A DNA stretch of 64,000 bases from Balanoglossus misakiensis (lineage: Eukaryota > Animalia > Hemichordata): contig CM082581.2 in the NCBI GenBank assembly GCA_040954595.2, positions 1,542,699 through 1,606,698 on the forward strand, read 5' to 3'. The notes beneath the pieces are model-generated. The model saw only the letters and a program-made list of their open reading frames with translations, had not been told where the DNA came from and ran no database searches. Made by a program: the position numbers and the translations under genes. Positions within the stretch are counted from its first letter, which is position 1. The number at the start of each line of letters is the position of its first letter. Below are positions 52,721 through 64,000 of the stretch, piece after piece.

Positions 52721-54411
52721 TGTCTGTCTGTTTGTATGGATGTATGTCTGTATGTCCGTCCACATCTAAAACTTGAAAACCGTTGTGCATATCACCTCGA
52801 TATTTGGTGTGCAGATGCAGGCTGGGCTGTAGATTGGAGTTTGTTAACATGAAAATGTCATTACCAAATATATGCAAATTAGCTGGAAAATGTGAAATTG
52901 GTCAAAACTCGCAAAATTCAACAACTGCTGGTCAGATTGATTTGGAAATTGGTATGCAAGTACCTTATGCCTACCTCATACAGTCCTGTATGTTTTGAGC
53001 TAATTTTGATTTTCTATTTTTGATGCATTTGTTTGTATTTTTCAACATTATTGGTAAAAAATCTTCATATGAATCTAAAATTACCGTCGAATCATCCAGT
53101 GTGAGTTAGCACTGTAATTAGCAAAAGTTATAAATCCACAGTTACCCAGCAAATTTGATATAATGCTTCACATAGGTATTGGTTTTGAACATCCTTCAGA
53201 AAGGGTATGAATATTTTAAAATTTTTACTGTTGCAACCCAGACTAGTTTATTTCTGAATAAACAGAGAAATGACAACCGGATAGATTATTCTTCTGTACT
53301 AAAGACATATGCAGACACAAGAAATAGTCTGAACATTTTCAGTACATTACTAAAACAGTGTCGGTACATTGTACTATAAACTGAGGAAGATTAGTGACTA
53401 TTGTTTGCCAAAAATGGTCCCAAGTCATTTCTCAAGCATAGCAGAATAGTAGCTTTGAGTAGCAAAGTGTGATGATTTAAAATGTAAAAAGACAACACCA
53501 ATCTCTAGCTCTGCTCTCAGCACTGCAAAAGTTATCTGACAGGTAGATAGATGTTCAGTCATCCTATGTCTGTCAACATTTTTCTTTTCTGAAATCACTG
53601 GCGCAAGTGCTTTTAAAATTGGTGTGCAGGTTTCTTGGGGTGGCGAAGTAATGTGTGTTCAAATTGTGTTGAATTCTGCATATTTGTAGTTTGGAACAAG
53701 TTTTTTGCTGTTTTTGGAAGAAAAAAGCTAAGCTCGTAGATTACTTTGACTATGCAGGTTTCTAGGTATGACACAAGTTGTTTCTTCAAAATATGGTGAA
53801 ATTTGCATATTTGGGGGGAAATTTTCTCTGAAATTTAGTATTGATCTCCCTGAGGTATGTGACATAATCTGTAATTTTGTATTTTGGAGACAGTTGCCTT
53901 TTTGTACAAACAAAAAATCTTGTCAGAATATGCATGTCTGATTGCCATGTCCACAGGGGTGATCTACTTTTATTTACATTATAACCGAATCTGTAAAGTT
54001 TTCATAATGATCTTTAAAATAGGTACGTCTAATTGTTTTGATCTTTGGTATGAATTGTCCCTTGGTGATCTTAGTCAATGCTTTTGAAATTCCGCTGAAT
54101 ATTGCATTATTATTTTGTCTAAGTCTGAAGAGTAGTCATCATCTCTGAAACCCCTTGACCTAAGTCAGGTGTCAAATAGTACAATTTGCAGATTTGTTGC
54201 ATTGGAGATATTGTTGCAGTTTTTGAAATTCAAGATGGCTGCCAATGTCTGTGTTAACTCTATGGAAAAACATTTATGTAAATACTTTTCTGAAAACAAG
54301 GCGGTGAACATCACATTTTTGTTTACAAACAGTAATAGAAATAGCTATCATTGTTTCTGAAAATCCTAACTTGTAGGATTCTTTTTCAATCTCTGGCATC
54401 AGCAGAGACAA

Positions 54412-55152
54412 TTAAGGTGGCATTGCATGAAAAGTTGTGATTTTTGCCAAATTTTACTTTTTTACATAAATCGGTAGGCCTAATACTCACCCACATCCTG
54501 ACTAATACGTCTTGGCGGAAATGGTGCACAATCACCCCCAAATAGCACTTTTCTGAATGAGTTCACAGCTTAAAAAATAGGTGTCAACAATGCAAATGGC
54601 CGTTTTTCTCGGTTTGCATTTTCGCTGCTTTTGACAACTTCGGACTAAAATAGCTTCGCCCTGCATTGGCCGAATTTGCTCAAATTTTGACAGGGAATTG
54701 TGTATGACCCATCCAACAAAACGCTAGTTTTGTATGTCGATAAAGTGTCCCTAGCGGGAATAAACTCTGATTCAATACAACTCACCGTGAATTTGATCAA
54801 ATTTTCAGAAAATCTAACTTTCAAACGCTGTTACTCCTCAATGGAAGCAGATAACGCAAAACAAAATTAGCGTTTTTTTGCACGTGTACTTTAGTTTCGA
54901 ATGACATATTAAGATGCATGATGCATGGTCAACTTTTTTACCTATTTTAAATTTCATGACATAATATAAAAAAATGGGTTTTTTCGCCCAAAATCGCCAC
55001 CATTTCCGGGGATCAATAATATTTGCAACTCAAACAAAAGTTCAAAATCTCAGCTTCCAGAATATATATGGTTTATGGGGGTTTAAACTTTGTCTTTGAT
55101 GAGAAATAGGCCTCTGAAAAAGTCTCGACGGTTTCATGCAGTGCCACCTTAA
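54412..55152. mobile_element. Kolobok-type MITE (733 bp plus TTAA TSD)
   Basis: ttaa|ggtggcattgcatgaaa ... tttcatgcagtgccacc|ttaa (17-bp TIR, 1 mismatch). Confidence 0.9.
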
Positions 55153-56980
55153 ACAACTCTATAAAAAGTCTTATTGCTTAGTACTGGCACGAGGTGGTAA
55201 AAAGATGTGCAGCTTTTGACTTATTACAGGCTTACACTTTGTTAGTAATATGAGTCCCTATTGGTATTGTGCTGGGTTTTTAGGAGCTTGGGCCCCATTC
55301 CCTGGATATTTTTTACACCTTGCTCTGAAAACCTGCCACACCTATGCTTCTTGAATTTGTCACAGTTGTCCTTGCCAATGAGTGTGCACCTTGAAATTCA
55401 AATCAGTCATTTGACCTGGCAGCCATATTCAGTTGAAATTGTTAAATAAATGCAAATTAGCTGGGAAAATTTGAAATTGGTCAAAACCACTGGTCAGATT
55501 GATTTGACAATTGGTATGCAAGTACCTTATGTCAACCACATACAGTCCTGTATTTTGAATAGTTTGAATGTTCTATTTTTATGCATTTTTTGCCTTTTTC
55601 CTCATTTTTGGTAAAACATCTACTTTTCTAAAATTGATGAGACGACTTCTTTGAAATTTAGTATGAAGCTTCATATAGGTGATATGAGTTAGCATACTTT
55701 TGTTAAAATGTTGCAAAATTTGCATATTCATAATTTTGGAGCAATTTCGGCCGTTTTTGAATTTTTTTTTTAAACCGGTTGTTACATTGCTTTGAAATTT
55801 GTTAGTCATATTAGGGGTAGCCCAAGTAAGATTTGCATGTATGTTTTTCAAATCAACTTGATGAATTGAATAGTATATTTTTGGGATGATTTTTGCCATT
55901 TTCGGTCAAAACTCTTCTCAGAACCCCCCACAGTACGTGAAATATCCCATGAATCACTCTGGTTTGTACAACCAGAGATTACTCGGTCAAACCAGGCAAA
56001 GTTCACATGTGTAGAGAAAATTGTAGACCACTAATACAAATTTTGAGAGCATGCTTTAAAGGCGAATCTTATTGTCAATTACCATTTCAAATGATAAACA
56101 AAATCATGCATTATTGAAAGAGGAGATACAAATTTTATAAAATAAGCAATTGCATAGCCAGCCGATACAAAAAAGTTTGAAGTAAAACAGGGACACTTGA
56201 AACACTTGTTTAATCAAACAAAACGATATTGATTTTTTTCTATAGACAGAACAATGGAAATTTACATGTTAACTTTCAACAGAGACTGGCCACCTCAGTT
56301 AGTCATTGCTTCTTTCCTCCTAAGTGTGACATTTGACGTACATGAATGAATACTTTGATTTCTATGGCTTTTAAATCTTGATTTTGAAATTTTCACTCTA
56401 ATTCCTCAACATACTTTTTCTAGATAAATCTTAATACAGTTATATGTACTTCATATCATTGTTAGTATCTAAAACAGAAAGTAATTAAATGGACAATCTC
56501 GATGATACAATTCATGGAGAGTTGTGGGTAAAATATCGTACTGTGCCCCCTTTACCCCCACTGCTTTGAAATTTGATTTGAAGGTTTCAGGGTTTGTTCT
56601 CATGATAATTTACAGATTGATTTGACAATTGGTATGCAAGTACCTTATGTCAACCACATACAATCCTGTATTTTTTTAACTAATAGTTTGAATGTTCTAT
56701 TTTATGCATTTTTTGCCTTTTTCCTCATTTGTGGTAAAAAAATTTAGTATGAAGCTTCATGTAGGTGATATGAGTTACAATACTTTTGTTGAAATGTTGC
56801 AAAATTTGCATATTGATAATTTTGGAGCAATTTCAGCCTTGTTTAATTAATTTTTTTTTCTCTAAAACCGCTTGTTCCATTGCTTTAAAATTTGTTAGTC
56901 ATGTTAGGGGTAGCTCAAGTAAGATTTGCATGTATGTTTTTCAAATCAACTTGATGAATTGAATAGTATATTTTTGGGGG

Positions 56981-57280
56981 ATCAAATCAAATCAAATCAA
57001 AACAAACATTTATAAAGCGCCAGAATCAATAACAATGTTATTTCCAAAGGCGCTGAAAGTATAACATCAGTGTTCGTAGGCTTTGACAAATAGAAATGTC
57101 TTGAGTTTTTGTTTGAAAATGTTGAGACTAGAAGCCTGTTGAATGTCAGATGGCAGAGAATTCCAAAGTTGTGGCGCGACAAGGGAAAAGGCACATCCAC
57201 CATATGTTTTGAGTCTGTACTTTGGTACACACAACTGGTTCCTTGAGCTGGAGCGCAGAGCCCGACTAGGCTTATATGAT
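56981..57280 (-). pseudogene. L2 LINE 3' end fragment
   Basis: Minus-strand ORF YKPSRALRSS...TYGGCAFSLVAPQLWNSLP...FKQKLKTFLF, then 3' ggcgctttataaat and a (gattt)n tail. Confidence 0.88.
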
Positions 57281-58062
57281 TTTTGATTTGATTTGGTTTC
57301 AGGGTGATTTCTCATGATGATTTACAAAACCTATGACTGATTACTTTGAAATTTGAGTAGGAAGTTAATTGGATGTGTTTGTTTAGATAATGGAATCAAA
57401 TAAAGTTATTCATTCTTCACCTTCATTCTTCACCTCATTTCATTTATTGGCTGGTTTGTCTATTGTATCAGGGAAGAGTACTTGCCATCCCACCCCACCG
57501 ATGCAAACTTTGAGTGGCAAAAGTAAAATTTGTCATAACATTGAGTTAATTTGCTTTTGGGCTCACTAAAATGCAACTTTGAGCTCTGTATTTGTACAAA
57601 ATTTTCATTAATTGGCTGGTTTGTCTATTGTACCAGGCCAGCATACATAAGATCAAGATGTTTTCGGGGCTGGGGGGGGGGGCATCATATTTTATTGCCT
57701 CTCTATGTGTGTGTCTGTCTGTCTGTACTCCTGTGTAGACTTTTTCTAGTGTAATCACTAAATGAGACCACAGTGTCCTTGACGCTATTTTTTGCGATTT
57801 TCAATGACCCTGGGGTAACCTTTGACCAGCTTTCATATATCTTGGTATTCACAGCAGAATACAGCCTTGGCATACCCTGGTAACCATGGGAACCGTTTGG
57901 GCCCAACCAATGGTGCTGGCAGCGTTAATTTTTAAATGATTTCTTCTTGTCGTTTTCTTTATCAATATGATGACTTGACCTAATCAGATTATTAAAATAA
58001 TTTCATTCTTTTTTTACATTAGGTTCTTTGGTAACACTGCTGCTGGAGGGAGTGTAATATTT

Positions 58063-58819
58063 GTAACGACGTCGCCACCTAATACTGTACTGGAGGTATG
58101 AACTTAAACTTGTAACGACGCCGCCACCTAATACTGTACTGGAGAGATGAAGTTAATACTTGTAACGACGCCGCCACCTAATACTGTACTGGAGAGATGA
58201 AGTTAATACTTGTAACGACGCCGCCACCTAATACTGTACTGGAGGTATGAACTTAAACTTGTAACGACGCCGCCACCTAATACTGTACTGGAGAGATGAA
58301 GTTAATACTTGTAACGACGCCGCCACCTAATACTGTACTGGAGAGATGAAGTTAATACTTGTAACGACGCCGCCACCTAATACTGTACTGGAGAGATGAA
58401 GTTAATACTTGTAACGACGCCGCCACCTAATACTGTACTGGAGAGATGAAGTTAATACTTGTAACGACGCCGCCACCTAATACTGTACTGGAGAGATGAA
58501 GTTAATACTTGTAACGACGCCGCCACCTAATACTGTACTGGAGAGATGAAGTTAATACTTGTAACGACGCCGCCACCTAATACTGTACTGGAGGGATGAA
58601 CTTAAACTTGTAACGACGCCGCCACCTAATACTGTACTGGAGAGATGAAGTTAATACTTGTAACGACGCCGCCACCTAATACTGTACTGGAGAGATGAAG
58701 TTAATACTTGTAACGCCGCCGCCACCTAATACTGTACTGGAGAGATGAACTTAATACTTGTAACGACGCCGCCACCTTATACTGTACTGGAGGGATGAAC
58801 TTAAACCTGTAACGACGCC
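58063..58819. repeat. Minisatellite, 50-bp unit (49-bp variants), ~15 copies
   Basis: gtaacgacgccgccacctaatactgtactggagagatgaagttaatactt in tandem, with no unique spacers. Confidence 0.97.
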
Positions 58820-59004
58820 AGATGATGCTCCTGTGACCAGAGGGATGAACGACGCCATGATTTGTTGATCTGATCTAATTAATAATATTCATTCTTTTTT
58901 TTCAATAGGTTCATTGGTATTATCATCGCCGGAGGGAGTCTAATCAATATCTACAACAACGCCGCACCAGATAACAATATCAAAACCAGAGGGATGCTGT
59001 CAAT

Positions 59005-59180
59005 AGGTTAGGCTAATAAAAATGGTTTAATCTGAGGGAATGGTAAAGGGTTGGTGTATGAATATGTTAGGGTAATAAAAAATGGTATAATCTAACGGAA
59101 TGGTGAAGGGTTGGTGTATAAACAGGTTAGGCTAATAAAAATGGTATAATCTAATGAAATGGTGAAGGGTTGGTGTATGA
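59005..59180. repeat. 59-60 bp tandem repeat, 3 copies
   Basis: aggttaggctaataaaaatggt(t/a)taatct...aatggtgaagggttggtgtat x3. Confidence 0.85.
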
Positions 59181-59602
59181 TGACTAATAAGACATTGTGC
59201 ACAAGGGTACTATAATAAAACTGTCTGCAAGGGTATAATATTATGGTTTCAAGGGTATGATAAGTAATTAAAATACTATAAAAACATGAGTAATGCCACG
59301 TGGTAAATAAAAACTGTACATGTACAGAGGGTAAATACCGGTATAATATATAAAGGTGTTAACATCAATGGTGTAATAATAAAAAAAATGGGTAACACAT
59401 GGTTTTGGTGGTATAATAATAATAAAATGGTATTAACTTGATGGTATAAACATTATGGGATGTGTATAAACGGTGTTAATATTACAAAGGTATAATGATT
59501 AGTTGGGGTGTAATAATAAGAAATTTAAAATCATTGGGTAATTTATTAGTGTCAGGTTGGGTAAAATAATTGTTGCTATGCATTCGTGTAATAATTGTCT
59601 GC

Positions 59603-59795
59603 GGATTTTTTGCAGCGTTACCCGCGTTCGCGTTCTTCATTGCAGGTCGCTCGTCATGTAATGGAATTTCGCCGTGTGCCCGTTTGATTCGCCGATGGAT
59701 TTTTTACAACGTTACCCGCGTTCGCGTTCTTCATCGCAGTTGGATCGTCGTGTAATGGAATTTCGCCGTGTGCCCGTTTGATTCGCCGATGGATT
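59603..59795. repeat. 94-bp CpG-rich tandem duplication
   Basis: ggattttt...gttacccgcgttcgcgttcttcat...gtaatggaatttcgccgtgtgcccgtttgattcgccgat x2. Confidence 0.9.
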
Positions 59796-60226
59796 GTTTG
59801 CTTTCGTCATCGTAATTCCCGCATCAACACGAATCCTCAATCTCGCGTAACAACAATACATCAAAATGTACACAGAAAAATAGGAGTCGGCAAGACAATT
59901 CTGGTTAGTTTGAGCCCCAACCTTTTAAAATTCACAACGGGGGAGGGGGCAGTTTTTCCTCATTTTATATTTGGCTCGAGGTTTTTAACTGTCCCCAGGC
60001 GCGTAAAGTTAGTTAGTTTATCACACAGTATGTAATTATCTTGCTTGATTTAAAAAAACACTAAAATTGTATGGGGGAGCTTCTTGCGATTTGCACTTAA
60101 GAAACTGATGGTTTGTACCCATAGATAATATTTAGTATTAAGCACATAATTGCCTGGAAATAAAAATTAACTCAAGGGTAGAATGCAACAGTTAATTTTG
60201 TGCAATATCAACAGGAGCTATTTTGG

Positions 60227-60332
60227 CACATTATTTCAGTTTGATAAACACTGTTTTTGCTCATTGTTTCATTTCGACCACATTATTTCAGTTTGATAAA
60301 CACTGTTTTTGCTTATTGTTTCATTTCAACCA
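60227..60332. repeat. 52-bp tandem duplication
   Basis: cacattatttcagtttgataaacactgtttttgct(c/t)attgtttcatttc x2. Confidence 0.9.
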
Positions 60333-60466
60333 CTTTTGTCACCTTGTTTTAAATTGAATGCAAGCATTGTTTCTGTTTGACCACTACTTGGGGTAATTGT
60401 TCCAAATTGGTATGCAAGATATTTTACATCAGCAGTTAGCCATCTAGCCACACTTTAGCTGCACAG

Positions 60467-60594
60467 CATATGAAAAATAATGAAATTCATGCAAAAAGCA
60501 AAAAAGTATTATGGGTATAATGCCATTGCAGCATTGGCGGTTCGACTCCGTCGATACTTACTTTGAAGCATAAGTCTTCATTATTTTTCATATG
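60467..60594. repeat. Inverted-repeat element with structured centre
   Basis: Perfect 18-bp IR catatgaaaaataatgaa / ttcattatttttcatatg enclosing two small hairpins. Confidence 0.7.
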
Positions 60595-60743
60595 TAATAA
60601 ATAAAACTCTTCCAAATTCATATCTTTGTTTTAAGTTTGTGCTTTTGCTTCAGTTAGGGGGCCCACATTTACCAAACTAGTCTTGCCATCTTTTCACATT
60701 TCTTCAAATATGCAGCGCCAGCGATAGGCAGTATTTGATCAAA

Positions 60744-63700
60744 TTGACCCACAAATCACTCAAAATTAATAGGCAGGATACTGTCCACTCTGGCCTGGTT
60801 ACTGTCTGGCCTGCTTAATGTTGACGCAAAGGTTGACCCCACCAAACACTCAAAATTAATAGGCAGCATACTGGCCACTCTGGCCTAGTTAATGTTGACG
60901 CAAAGGTTGACCCCCACCAAACACTCAAAATTAATGGGCACGATACTGGCAACTCTGGCCTAGTTAATGTTGACGCAAAGGTTGACCCCACCAAACACTC
61001 AAAATCAATGGGCAGCATACTGTCCACTATGGCCTGGTTACTGTGTGCTCTGGTTAATGTTGACGCAAAGGTTGACCCCACCAAACACTCAAAATTAATG
61101 GGCAGCACACTGTCCACTACGGCCTGGTTACTGTGTGCTCTGGTTAATGTTGATGCAAAGGTTGACCCCACCAAACACTCAAAATTAATGGGCAGAACAC
61201 TGTCCACTATGGCCTGGTTACTGTGTGCCCTGGTTAATGTTGATGCAAAGGTTGACCCCACCAAACACTCAAAATTAATGGGCAGGATACTGGCCACTCT
61301 GGCCTAGTTAATGTTGACGCAAAGGTTGACCCCCACCAAACACTCAAAATTAATGGGCACGATACTGGCCACTCTGGCCTAGTTAATGTTGACGCAAAGG
61401 TTGACCCCACCAAACACTCAAAATTAATGGGCAGCACACTGTCCACTACGGCCTGGTTACTGTGTGCTCTGGTTAATGTTGATGCAAAGATTGACCCCAC
61501 CAAACACTCAAAATTAATGGGCAGAACACTGTCCACTATGGCCTGGTTACTGTGTGCTCTGGTTAATGTTGACGCAAAGGTTGACCCCACCAAACACTCA
61601 AAATTAATGGGCAGCACACTGTCCACTATGGCCTAGTTAATGTTGACGCAAAGGTTGACCCCACCAAACACTCAAAATTAATGGGCACGATACTGGCCAC
61701 TCTGGCCTAGTTAATGTTGACGCAAAGGTTGATCCCCACGAAACACTCAAAATTAATGGGCACGATACTGGCCACTCTGGCCTAGTTAATGTTGACGCAA
61801 AGGTTGACCCCACCAAACACTCAAAATTAATGGGCAGCACACTGTCCACTACGGCCTGGTTACTGTGTGCTCTGGTTAATGTTGACGCAAAGGTTGACCC
61901 CACCAAACACTCAAAATTAATGGGCAGAACACTGTCCACTATGGCCTGGTTACTGTGTGCTCTGGTTAATGTTGACGCAAAGGTTGACCCCACCAAACAC
62001 TCAAAATTAATGGGCAGAACACTGTCCACTACGGCCTGGTTATTGTGTGCTCTGGTTAATGTTGACGCAAAGGTTGACGCCACCAAACACTCAAAATCAA
62101 TGGGCAGCATACTGTCCACTATGGCCTGGTTACTGTGTGCTCTGGTTAATGTTGACGCAAAGGTTGACCCCACCAAACACTCAAAATTAATGGGCAGAAC
62201 ACTGTCCACTATGGCCTGGTTACTGTGTGCTCTGGTTAATGTTGACGCAAAGGTTGACCCCACCAAACACTCAAAATTAATGGGCAGCACACTGTCCACT
62301 ATGGCCTGGTTACTGTGTGCTCTGGTTAATGTTGACGCAAAGGTTGACCCCACCAAACACTCAAAATTAATGGGCAGAACACTGTCCACTACAGCCTGGT
62401 TACTGTGTGCTCTGGTTAATGTTGACGCAAAGGTTGACCCCACCAAACACTCAAAATTAATGGGCAGAACACTGTCCACTACGGCCTGGTTATTGTGTGC
62501 TCTGGTTAATGTTGACGCAAAGGTTGACCCCACCAAACACTCAAAATTAATGGGCAGAACACTGTCCACTACGGCCTGGTTACTGTGTGCTCTGGTTAAT
62601 GTTGACGCAAAGGTTGACCCCACCAAACACTCAAAATTAATGGGCAGAACACTGTCCACTATGGCCTGGTTACTGTGTGCTCTGGTTAATGTTGACGCAA
62701 AGGTTGACCCCACCAAACACTCAAAATTAATGGGCAGCACACTGTCCACTATGGCCTGGTTACTGTGTGCTCTGGTTAATGTTGACGCAAAGGTTGACCC
62801 CACCAAACACTCAAAATTAATGGGCAGAACACTGTCCACTACGGCCTGGTTACTGTGTGCTCTGGTTAATGTTGACGCAAAGGTTGACCCCCACCAAACA
62901 CTCAAAATTAATGGGCACGATACTGGCCACTCTGGCCTAGTTAATGTTGACGCAAAGGTTGACCCCACCAAACACTCAAAATTAATGGGCACGATACTGG
63001 CCACTCTGGCCTAGTTAATGTTGACGCAAAGGTTGACCCCACCAAACACTCAAAATTAATGGGCACGATACTGGCCACTCTGGCCTAGTTAATGTTGACG
63101 GAAAGGTTGACCCCACCAAACACTCAAAATTAATGGGCACGATACTGGCCACTCTGGCCTAGTTAATGTTGACGCAAAGGTTGACCCCACCAAACACTCA
63201 AAATTAATGGGCAGCACACTGTCCACTATGGCCTGGTTACTGTGTGCTCTGGTTAATGTTGACGCAAAGGTTGACCCCACCAAACACTCAAAATTAATGG
63301 GCAGAACACTGTCCACTACGGCCTGGTTACTGTGTGCTCTGGTTAATGTTGACGCAAAGGTTGACCCCACCAAACACTCAAAATTAATGGGCAGCACACT
63401 GTCCACTATGGCCTGGTTACTGTGTGCTCTGGTTAATGTTGACGCAAAGGTTGACCCCACCAAACACTCAAAATTAATGGGCAGGATACTGTCCACTACG
63501 GCCTGGTTACTGTGTGCTCTGGTTAATGTTGACGCAAAGGTTGACCCCACCAAACACTCAAAATTAATGGGCAGAACACTGTCCACTACGGCCTGGTTAC
63601 TGTGTGCTCTGGTTAATGTTGACGCAAAGGTTAACCCCACCAAACACTCAAAATTAATGGGCAGAACACTGTCCAATATGGCCTGGTTACTGTGTGCTCT

Positions 63701-64000
63701 GGTTAATGTTGACACAAAGGTTGACCCCACCAAACACTCAAAATTAATGGGCAGCACACTGTCCATTATGGCCTGGTTACTGTGTGCTCTGGTTAATGTT
63801 GACGCAAAGGTTGACCCCACCAAACACTCAAAATTAATGGGCAGAACACTGTCCACTACGGCCTGGTTACTGTGTGCTCTGGTTAATGTTGACGCAAAGG
63901 TTGACCCCACCAAACACTCAAAATTAATGGGCAGAACACTGTCCACTATGGCCTGGTTACTGTGTGCTCTGGTTAATGTTGACGCAAAGGTTGACCCCAC
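60744..64000. repeat. Satellite/minisatellite with 90-bp unit and 74-75-bp deletion variant (runs off window end)
   Basis: gttaatgttgacgcaaaggttgaccccaccaaacactcaaaattaatgggcagaacactgtccactatggcctggttactgtgtgctctg in tandem. The short form ends ...gccactctggccta. Confidence 0.97.

Larger units (their letters stand above)
49935..56980 (+). mobile_element. Second cluster of HINE/Helentron-type elements with nested insertions
   Basis: Hairpin starts aggtcccat...atggg(a/c)cct at 49935, 50431 and 52451, each followed by (atgt)n. Repeated cores, including a ~390-bp direct duplicate (55495-55885 vs 56613-56978). Confidence 0.65.

Noticed and set aside
55929-56553. Possible further Kolobok-type MITE (cacagtacg ... 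cgtactgtgccccct)
   Set aside because: Only a 9-bp inverted match with no intact TTAA flanks; insufficient support.
58063-58819. CRISPR-like array
   Set aside because: Units are near-identical over their whole length, with no unique spacers, no cas genes and a eukaryotic context.
60512-60560. Functional tRNA gene
   Set aside because: Only ~49 nt, no D-arm or A-box, non-canonical anticodon loop.
60815-64000. Long ORFs called as protein-coding genes
   Set aside because: Pure 30-aa tandem repeats open on both strands and interrupted by 74-bp units, with no recognisable domain. Kept only as a finding.

Overview
Eukaryotic, AT-rich, repeat-dominated animal DNA. The transposon repertoire and limited CpG depletion resemble marine invertebrate genomes (inference; the taxon cannot be fixed). 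Bases 1-22252 are a 78-bp satellite with multi-kb higher-order duplications. Bases 60744-64000 are a second satellite with 90/74-bp units. Between them lies a transposon graveyard: TTAA-flanked Kolobok-type MITEs, a Helentron/HINE-type element holding a nested LINE (itself split by a MITE) and an L2 3' end, an intron-containing hAT (ZNF862-like) transposase pseudogene, a P-like palindromic MITE, a HINE cluster and several minisatellites. There is also a ~4-5 kb local duplication (40.5-44.4 kb vs 47.0-52.2 kb) carrying conserved, splice-site-flanked 73-75 bp mini-exons of an unidentified + strand transcript. No intact protein-coding gene, rRNA, canonical tRNA or CRISPR array is supportable, and most listed ORFs are repeat artefacts.
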